A stretch of DNA of 64,000 nucleotides. It comes from Hyaloraphidium curvatum SAG 235-1 (lineage: Eukaryota > Fungi > Monoblepharomycota). Where the stretch lies: contig JAIVFI010000013.1 of the NCBI GenBank assembly GCA_025558095.1, forward strand, positions 434,001 through 498,000, given 5' to 3'. Below, one piece after another: positions 55,330-64,000 of the stretch. The stretch's first letter is position 1; every line of letters starts with the position of its first letter. Under the pieces are notes generated by a model, which saw nothing but the letters and a program-made list of their open reading frames with translations, had not been told where the DNA came from and did not search any database. The translations under genes were made by a program, and so were the position numbers.

Positions 55330-56208
55330 ATGTCCGTCGAGTGGCCCGCGCCTTCGTGGCCTCCGCCGCCGTCGTACGGGGCGTACCCGCCGGCGTACGG
55401 CGGCCAGTGGGCGCCGCCGCCGCCGGCCGACCCGCGCCATCCTCCGGACTACGCCGCGCACGGCCACGCCGGCCACGGCTACCCGGCGCACCCGCCGCAC
55501 GGCCACGGCTGGGGCGACTGGCGGGGCCCGCCGCCGCCGCCGCCCGCAGCGCACGCCGGGCACCCCGCGCACGCCGCGCACCCCCCGCCCCCGCACGGCC
55601 CCGGCGCGCTGCCCTCGCTGAGCGCGGCCCTCGGCGCCGACTACCCGCACCGCCAGCCGCACCGCCAGCCGCACCGCGCAGAGTCGTCGGTCTCGTCGGC
55701 GTCCGAACCGCGCGCCACGCCGCCCATCGGCTCGGGCTCGGAGCACGCCTCGCCGCCGCCCGCTCCCGCGCGCCACTCGCTGCCGCAGCACAGGAAGCCC
55801 GCCCCGCAGCCGCCGCCGCCCGCGCAGCAGTCGGACGACGACGACGACAACCTCAGCTCGGACGGCGGCTCGCCCCCCGCCTCGTCGTCCAGGGCAAAGG
55901 GCGGCGCGGCGACGATCGCCCCGCGCGTGCTGCACGCCACCGCAGTGGCCCTGTACGGCAGGGAGCCCGCGCAGCTGAGCAAGAAGCAGCTGGACCGCTG
56001 CGTCGCTGAGATCGTCTCGCGCCGCTCGCGCAACACAGAGTACGCGCGGCGGTCGCGCACGCGCAAGCGCGAGCATACCGCAGGCCTCGAGAAGCGGGTG
56101 GCGGAGCTCGAGGCTGAGAAGGAGGCGCTGCAGAAGCGCATCAGGGCGCTCAAGCGCGCGCTGCGGGACGCCGGCAAGGCGAGGGAGGACGGCTACGAGA
56201 CGGCCTAA
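55330..56208 (+). CDS. bZIP transcription factor
   Basis: Basic region RRSRNTEYARRSRTRKREH followed by a leucine zipper LEKRVAELEAEKEALQKRIRAL. Pro/His-rich N-terminus. Confidence 0.88.
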   Translation: MSVEWPAPSWPPPPSYGAYPPAYGGQWAPPPPADPRHPPDYAAHGHAGHGYPAHPPHGHGWGDWRGPPPPPPAAHAGHPAHAAHPPPPHGPGALPSLSAALGADYPHRQPHRQPHRAESSVSSASEPRATPPIGSGSEHASPPPAPARHSLPQHRKPAPQPPPPAQQSDDDDDNLSSDGGSPPASSSRAKGGAATIAPRVLHATAVALYGREPAQLSKKQLDRCVAEIVSRRSRNTEYARRSRTRKREHTAGLEKRVAELEAEKEALQKRIRALKRALRDAGKAREDGYETA

Positions 56209-56587
56209 CGCCGACTCGCCCGAGTGGACCCGATCGGAGCATTTTTGAGGGACGCATGTGCGGCAGTCGGGCCGGCCGCATTGTACATACGAGTGTTTGC
56301 CGTGGATAAGGGGACTCCGTCTATGTCGCCGAGCGCAAGAGTCTGCATCATGGGGATTGGTATAGGAGGACAGACGGGATAGAAGGTGTAGCCGGATATC
56401 AGTCGATGCGAGTCAAGAGACGTCACCGTAGTAATTTTACGGGCGCCGGCTTCGCCTCCGTGGCGCATCCGGGACGCGGAAACTCGGCGTTTTCGCGCCT
56501 CAAAGCCTGAGCTGTTGGCGTGTCGCATCAGCCCCGACCCAATCCCCCACACAGACTCACCAACTCCCTCGCCCATCGCCGGATCCG

Positions 56588-59003
56588 ATGGCGCTCGCCG
56601 GCAGCAGCGCGCCGCAGCTCCCCGCCGTGGAGCCCGCGGGCGCCCTCTTCCCCGAGACGCGCCCCGCCTCGGTCGCCGGCAGCGCGTACCGCTCGCCGTC
56701 CCTCTCGCCAAAGGCCTCGCAGTCGCGCATCGGCGGCGTCGGCCGCACCGCATCGACCCGCGTGCTCGCGACAAAGCCCGACGAGCTGGCGCTGATCGCC
56801 GCCGCGCAGGCCAAGGATGCCGCCGGCGTCGACAGGGCGCTCGCGGCGGGCGCGAACCCAAACGCCCGCGGCACCGACGGCCGCACGGCGCTGATGCACG
56901 CTGCGAGGCTGCAGGACATCGAGACGGCGAAGGTGCTGCTCGCCGCAAACGCCGATCCCAACCTGAAGAACAGTTTCGGGTACACGCCCGTCGCCACGGC
57001 CGCCACGCTGGGCAACGCCGCCATGGTCGACATGCTCCTCGCCGCCGGCGCCGATCCCGAGTCGCGCACGGCCGAGGGCATGACCCCCCTGCTGCTGGCC
57101 GCGCAGGGCAACCACCTCCCCGTGTGCAGGCTGCTCGTGTCCAAGGGCGCCGACGTCGAGGCGCGCGGGCGCGACGGCCGCGGCGCGATCCACTGGTTCG
57201 CACGGCAGGGGGACAAGGAGGCCGTCGAGTGGCTCGTCAAGGAGGGCAAGGCCGACACGGAGCTCAGGAACAAGGACGGGTACACGGCCGTCAACACCGC
57301 CGCGGCGCTGGGCGACCTCGAGATGGTCAAGCTGCTCGCGGACCTGGGGGCCAACCTCGAGTCGCGCAACAACGCCGGGCACACGCCGCTGCTCTCGGCC
57401 ATCCTGCTGCTCCCCACCAAGCCCGGAAACCTCGCCGTGGTCGAGTACCTGATCAAGGACACCAAGGCCAACGTCAACTCGGAGGGCGAGGACGGCAGGA
57501 CGGCGCTGCACCACGCCTGCAGGCTCGGCGAGCTCGACATCACAAAGATGCTGGTGGAGGACGGGGCCAAGGTCGACTCCAGGAACGTGGCGGGCTTCAC
57601 GCCGCTCAACACGGCGAGCTTCTACGGGCAGGCCGACATCGTCGAGTACCTGCTCGATAATGGCGCGGATCCGAACCTGCCGTCGCAGGAGGGATGGGTG
57701 GGTTGGCCGCCGTCACCGCGATTTCGACCGCCACTGATCGTTGGGTGATGATCCGCAGACTGCGCTTCACTCGGCTTCGCACCGCGGCCATCTGGCCGTC
57801 TGCCGCCTCCTCCTCGCCCACGATGCCGAGGTCGAATGGTACGTGCGGCCGCAGCTATACCCCGTCCGCCATCATCTGATCCGCCCCCCGCCCTCCAGCG
57901 TGACGGACGAGGGCTGGACGCCGCTCATCATCGCCGCGCACCAGTCCCACCCCGACATCGTCGCCGAACTCCTCCGCCGCGGCGCGCGCACCGACGCCCG
58001 CTCCAACGACGGCGTCACCGCCGCCGATTTCGCCGCCATGTCGGGCTCGGCCGCCGTCAGGGAGCTGCTCGCGCAGCCGGACGAGTACCGCGTCGAGGGC
58101 ATCGGCGAGATCACGTCCGAGTACAGGAACGTGAGGGACGAGTTCAAGTCGTACAAGATGACGGTGGAGCAGGTCAAGGCCGACGAGGCCGCTGCCGCTG
58201 CCGCAAAGGCGGCCCAAGAGGCCGCAGCAAAGGCGGCCGAGGAGCAGGCTGCCCGCGACAAGGCCGATCGGGAGGCGGCCGCCGCCGCCGTGGCGACGGC
58301 AGCGTTTGCCAACAGCATCCCCAGGCAGCCCGGCGCCAAGGCCGCGCAGCCCGCGGCCCCGGCCCCGGCGCCGACCAACGCCCCCGACGAGCCCGCGCCC
58401 GCGGGGGAGATCGCCGCCGGTGCCGCCGCAGGCGCTGCCGCCGGCGTGGCCGCGGACGAGCTCACCCGCGCCGCCGTGTCCTCGAGCGGGGACGAGGAGA
58501 TGGCCGCGATGCAGAAATCCGACGACGACGGCGCGCTGGTGCACGACGTCGTCGTGCCGCCGCCCTCGGAGCAGCCCGTCGACGGGCTGGGCGAGGACGG
58601 CGACGACGAGATCCCGGCGGCGCCCGAGGTGTCGCTGCCCGAGAACGCGGGGCCCGAGGAGCTCCTGGCCGCCGAGAGGGAGCGCGTGCGGCTGCTGCTG
58701 CTGGAAAACTCCAAGCTGAGGAAGCGGATCAAGGCCGGCGACGCCGCGCTCGCCCTCGCGGTGGAACAGGCCAACGAGCTCCTGCGCAGGCAGGCCGACG
58801 AGGCCAACAGGAAGCTGCGGGAGTCGGCGGGCAAGGCGCAGGATGATCTCGGGAAGAAGCTCGAGGAGGCCAGGGCAAAGTTCACGGAGCAGCTCAAAGC
58901 CGCGGAGGAAAAGATCGCAGGGCTGGAAAAGGGCATCGGAAGCCCGGCGCTGGGACTTTCGGAAAGCCCGATCGCCGCGGCCGCCGAAAGCGAGGAGCAC
59001 TGA
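56588..59003 (+). CDS. Ankyrin-repeat protein (~12 repeats) with C-terminal coiled coil
   Basis: Repeated G.TPL/TAL.AA..G..... V..LL..GA units. Ala/Glu-rich linker and coiled coil. Confidence 0.9.
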
Positions 59004-59201
59004 GTCGGCTCCGACAATCCAAGGGACTCTCTTTCTCTAAGTTATCTAGTAATCCGACTCGGTCTCGACATGCTGTATGGTGAATAGATTATGGGCGCTG
59101 GACTGGAAATGCGTGATGCGGCCACTGGGTCTTTCCCGGGGACTATGTCGAGCCGAAGCGTGCACCCCATGGGCTTCTATCGCAATCGGAGGTTGCGACA
59201 T

Positions 59202-60414
59202 TTAGAGCTTGTTGAAAGCGGCGACGTCGACGGACCTTAGACGGGATTGCGTCAAAACGTGCCTCGCGAGGAGCGCGGACCGGGAACACTCACTGCACGT
59301 GGTCCTCGTCCTCGGCAATCTTCTCCGAGAGGTCGTCGATCGAAACCTTCTCATCCTCGACGACACAGGTGATCTGGAGCTCTGTTGTGGAGGTGTAGGT
59401 GGTCAGAATAGGCATGGAAAGGAGAAGCGAACGAAACCAACTCTTGATGCCGTAACCGACAGGCACGAGCTTGTGCGCACCCCTGAAAGAACGAGTGAGA
59501 CAACCTCACCAATGCAACGTCCGATCCTGCTGGGCCTCACCAGAGAAGGCCGTCCACTAGGGAAGAGAGGAGGGTCAGACCAGATCGTCACTAGACGTCA
59601 CCAGCGCACGCACTCTCGATGGCCTTGACGTTGGCCGTCAGCTCCTCCATGTTAGTCTCGTCGTCCCACGGCTTGACATCCAGGATGACCTGGGACTTGG
59701 CAGTCACGGCGGGCTCTGCGATGCCATACAATGAGCGCGATCCCGAAATAGGCGGCCGCAGCAACCCACTGGCCGACTTCTTGGCGGCGTACTCCTTCAG
59801 CCTCTCCTGCTTGATGCGCTCGGCCTCCTCGTCGACCTCGTCGTCCGAGGCGAACAGGTCAATGTCGTCCTCGTCCTCCTTGGCCTCCTTGGCCTCGGAG
59901 CTCGAGGCGGCGGGCGCCTCGGCCTTGGCCGAGGGCACGAGCTCGGACGCGGCCTTCTTGCTGCCGGGGAGCTTGCCGTGCGACGCCTTGTGGGCGGCGA
60001 TGTGCGAGTACCACCGGGCGGCGTGGGGGTACTTGGCGGCGTCGGGGGCGGCCGAGATCTCGGCAAACACCGAGACGTCGTCCTGGCTGGCCTGGTAGCT
60101 GAAGCATGCGGGCGATTAGCCCCTTGCCGCACGATTTCACGCCCCGATGTGTGCCAGAACGGATCCGGTGCCCCGAGCGTCAGGACCATAGACTTATCAC
60201 CGCGGGGTCTTACGCCGCTCGACAACACGGACCAATGGTAGAAGGTCTCATCCACCGCTCGTAGCACCGGATCCTTTCGCCGCCGGCACCCCGAATGCGG
60301 CCCGGCCGGGCAGGGCGCCGGCAGCGCTTTTGTTTTCCGCGTCCCCGACGCTCACCCAGTGATGTAGGAGCGCGACTCCAGCAGAGCATCGAGGGCGGCG
60401 ATGTCGACGGGCAT
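59202..60414 (-). CDS. EFB1: Translation elongation factor 1-beta
   Basis: [70 protein letters not shown]. Confidence 0.97.
60174..60261 (-). ncRNA. SNORD18: Intronic box C/D snoRNA, U18/snR18 homolog
   Basis: In the long EFB1 intron 1 (minus strand): box C-like TGGATGA (60254-60248), guide TTGGTCCGTGTT (60235-60224) complementary to LSU rRNA AACACGGACCAA, box D CTGA (60183-60180), flanking stems CGAGCG/CGCTCG and GGATCCGGTGC/GCACCGGATCC. Confidence 0.9.
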
Positions 60415-60576
60415 TTTGACGAGGTCTGAGGAAGGAAGGCGGGTCGACGATGGAAGGACTCGGGGTCTGTTCGAGCTCGTGTGTATGGCAGCGTCACTCG
60501 TCTCCACCGCCCTCTTCTCGGCCTCGCTCTGAACGAAACGACTCTCGATCACAGCCACCAGAATGCGATCCCGGCT

Positions 60577-62186
60577 TTATTCGTATCGCAGGATGGCTAC
60601 ATTGAAGCCGTGCATCTTCCGCTTGCCCGGCGGCAGCAACGTATTCGCCCTGCCCAGTTCCGCGACCAGCCCGTTGATCGGACCGGCGTCGTAGCGCAGC
60701 CTGTCCAGCTTCTCGGCGGCACCGAGCCAGGCCTTGGCCATCGGGTTCCCTTCGACATCGGGCAGGGGCTGGTAGAGCAGCTTGAGCGCCCGGAAAGTGC
60801 GGTGACGGTCGCCACCCGTCCCGCTGCGCTTGCCGGCATCGTCGGGCCCGTCCATGTTTGTGAGCACCTCCAGATCCCAAGCCAGAAGCCAGATGAGCAG
60901 CCTGAGGTTCTCGTTGCCGCCAGGGAATGGTCCCGAGCGACCCTTTTCCTCCACGACGAGCCTGTAGGAACCGTGGGTCCGCGCGTCTTCGAGCAGGTCG
61001 CAAACAAAGTAGTCCAGGAACCGCGGGTTGCGGCCGGCATCGTCCGGGTTGCCGGCAAACGAGACGTAGTACAGGGGTATCCTGAAGGTCGTCGGAAAGT
61101 CGTGCTGCGAAGGCGAGTCGTAGAAAGCTTCCCCAATCTTGGAGCGGCACGAGATGCAGGTCACGATCGACGGTTCGAACGGATTTCGCTGCGAGATAGA
61201 AGGTGGTGAGTTAGAATGCCAATCAGACAACCTCCCACGGCATGTCCGCTCCTCAAGTAACTCGACGCGAGGGTCTCGTCGCGTGGAGCGATTCAAAAGC
61301 GGCCACATTCGTTGATCTCGGAAGATTGTATCGACGGCGGAGCGCCGGAGCGCAGCAACTGCTCGCGTTGCCCGTCTTCGTTGATCTTCCTTGCCGCTGC
61401 CGCCCGTACCCGCCGCCCTCTACCGACCTTGGCCGCGGGGACCCGCTGCTCGTCCTCGTCCTGCGGGTCCGTGACCGCCACCGCCCCAGAACTGACGTCG
61501 TCCCCGCTCAGCAGCACGTAACTAGCACCGACGCTCAGGCATCCAGGCTGGCCCTGCGTCGTGCGCTCGAATCGCCCGTTCCGGCCGTAGTCCTCCTGGT
61601 GGCACATCCAGCACTCGACCAGCTCGGCCCAGTGTTCCGACGGCAGGTCCATCACGCGGTAAAAGTAATGCTCGTCCTCCCTCGCCTGTTTGCCCCCGTG
61701 TTTTGGCCGCAGGATCGACCTGCGGCAGTGCGCGCACTCGACGTCCCTCGTGGCCTCCAGCTGCCTCGCGGTCAGCGGCCTGGGCACGTGAATCTCGCGC
61801 CGCCAGCCATTGCTCGAGTCGGGGCCCGCGCTCAGGGCGAGTTTGATGTCGAGCTCGTCCCCAGGGCAAGAGACCTTGGCCGAGCGCGTGTCCACGGTCC
61901 TCGGCAGGGGTATCCGCAGCGTGCTCCCAGCGGCGGAGGATCCGTCCGGCGGGAACAGCGACAACGACAGTTCCACGGGAGCGATGTTGAGCACGGCCAC
62001 CCATTTGGACGAGAGAATGACGCGCTGCGGCGCCCTCTTGATGCCGTCGTCGACGGTCACGCGGAGGTTCGACTTTATGGCCTCGCACAGCTCGCCGAGC
62101 TCGGGCGGCACGGCGAGCGTGAGGCCCAGGGTCCCGATGTTGTTCAGCACCTCGCCAAAGTAGGACACCGGCGATGAGGCGTCCAT
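60577..62186 (-). CDS. HECT-like ubiquitin-conjugating enzyme-binding protein (UBE3D/Ipa1 family)
   Basis: VECAHCRRSI...DLPSEHWAELVECWMCH; CISC; LKLLY...LGRANTLLPPGKRKMHGFNVAIL. Confidence 0.85.
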
Positions 62187-62264
62187 GGGCGGGCCAGTAG
62201 ATGGTTGTTTGTGAAAGCGTCGCCGCGACCCTGCCACGTTCAAACGCGTTCCCCGCCCGGCCGA

Positions 62265-64000
62265 ATGAGCGCGCTGCGGCGCCGCGCGCGGGAGTCCACG
62301 CCGCCGGGCGGCCTGCCGAGCCCTGGCGGCATCGACGACCCGCAGGCAAAGGGCCGCCACGGCCCGCGGAGGGCCGCCGACTACGTGACGCTGTACCGGA
62401 CCCACGAGCACTGGGCGACGCCCGTGCTGCTCACGCTGCTGTCGTTCGTGATCAGGTTCCGGAACATTGGCATCTGGGACAAAGTCTGGTGCGTCGCGGC
62501 GGCCGAATGCAGCGTGCCCGTCGCTGACGCGGCTCGCGGCAGCTGGGATGAGGCACACTTCGGCAAGTTTGCCGCGAGCTACATCCGCAGGCACTATTTC
62601 TTCGACCTGCACCCGCCGCTCGGCAAGATGATGATCGCAGCGGGAGGCTGGCTGGCCGGCTACGACGGCTCCTGGGGCTGGGAGTCGGAGGCGACGTACC
62701 CGGCCAACATACCCTGGATCCAAATGCGGATGTTCTGCGCCACCCTGGGCGCGTTGACGGTGCCCCTGACCTACTACACGGCCAAGGGCATGGGAATGTC
62801 GAACGGAGGGACGATCGCGGCCTCGATCATGGTCATGACAGGTGGGTTCCTGCCGGCACGTTCCTGGTCGCCGCTCACCGGGTTTCGGATCCAGAACTCG
62901 GCTACCTCACCTTGTCCCGCTTCATTCTGCTGGATCCCGTGCTCCTGTTCTTCACCGCCTTGTCGGTGTACCTGCTGGTCGGCTTCCGACAGGTTCAGGA
63001 GGAGGGCGGAGCGTTCAGACCCTTGTGGTGGTTCTACCTCGCTTCCCTCGGCATTTCGCTCGGCTGCGTCTCTTCGGTCAAGTGGCTCGGGCTCTTTACC
63101 GTCGCGACTGTCGGCCTGCACACGATCTACGACCTCTGGCGGCTCCTCCTGGACCCAAAGATCTCGCTCCACAAGGCCTTCCCGATGCACTTCCTCGCGC
63201 GGGTCCTGTGCCTCATCGTGCTGCCGATAGCGACCTACGTGTTCTGGTTCTGGGTCCATTTCCGCGTTCTGAACAAGGAGGAGTACCAGATCCGCGACCT
63301 GCCCTCCATCTTCCACGGCCGCTTCGACACTCCGATCGGGAAACGATGGGATGCCATGCCGAGCGACGTCGCCTACGAGAGCTCCAGGATCACCCTGCGG
63401 GCCGCGCGCTGGAATGGGCCGTACCTCTTCTCGACGGCGGACCAGAAGTACCCCGAGGGCTCTAAGCAGCAGGTGGTCTCGAGCTCCAACTACCAGAAGA
63501 GCCAGTGGACTTTCGAACTCATGTGGCCCAGGTACCACGCCAAGAAGGGCGGCACGCCCGAGGAGAAGGCCAGGATCGACTTTGTACGCAATGGGGACAT
63601 CCTGCGGCTGAGTGAGCTCCAGCTTTTGACCTTGCTTTCGCGAGGAGGCCTGACCGGCACTGTCAGACCACGTCGACACCGGCCGGAACATGCACTCGCA
63701 CCAGATCAAGGCGAACCTGACCCAGCGTGATTTCGAGGTCACGGGCTTCTACCAGCGCGACTTTGGCGACTCGAACGACCACTGGATCATCGAGATCATT
63801 GACGACATGCGGAACCCGCTGAGCTTCGCGTCCAAGTGGTTCCTCCCCGACGACAAGATCCACCCGCTCTACACCCGGTTCCGCCTTCGGCACAACGAAA
63901 CGGGCTGCTACCTCAACTCGGGCTACAAGGTCCTCCCTCCCTGGGGCGGCGGCAACATCGAAGTGACCTGCGCGAGGTTCGAGGGCAAGATTTCGGAGAG
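62265..64000 (+). CDS. Dolichyl-phosphate-mannose:protein O-mannosyltransferase (PMT), 3' partial
   Basis: WDEAHFGKF, FFDLHPPLGKM, SRFILLD, SVKWLGLF, MIR domains (KYPEGSKQQVV, NGDILRL.HVDTGRNMHSH, FRLRHNETGCYL, LPPWG). Confidence 0.95.

Noticed and set aside
52353-59017. Many long antisense or alternate-frame ORFs (e.g. 52353-54350, 56528-57514, 57855-59000)
   Set aside because: Shadow ORFs caused by very high GC3 in the real genes. They are Arg/Pro/Ala-rich with no recognisable motifs.

Overview
Gene-dense, GC-rich eukaryotic DNA with many short (~50-90 nt) spliceosomal introns. The gene set is fungal (SWA2, MRPL51, GUA1, KEX1, URB1, IDH2, ASH2/BRE2, Mit1-like CHD, STO1/CBP80, BZZ1, TGL2, EFB1, PMT). 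An early-diverging, chytrid/monoblepharid-like fungus is my inference, not demonstrated. About 30 protein genes are present, mostly housekeeping. Three things stand out. (1) A head-to-head pair 233 bp apart: an intronless, prokaryote-type carbamate kinase (arcC) and an intron-containing member of the COG2403 / cDPG-synthetase-like P-loop family that includes archaeal arginine synthetase (ArcE). This is a candidate energy-conserving arginine catabolic module in a fungus, next to an MFS exporter. (2) A Fanzor1/TnpB-like RNA-guided nuclease gene, probably degenerate, followed by a structured 3' region that ends in a Helitron-like hairpin+CTAG, with a decayed second copy just downstream. (3) A U18-type C/D snoRNA in an EFB1 intron, and a recent ~315-bp inverted duplication bracketing BZZ1. 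Gene boundaries and introns were inferred by eye and are approximate. All family assignments come from recalled motifs; no database search was run.
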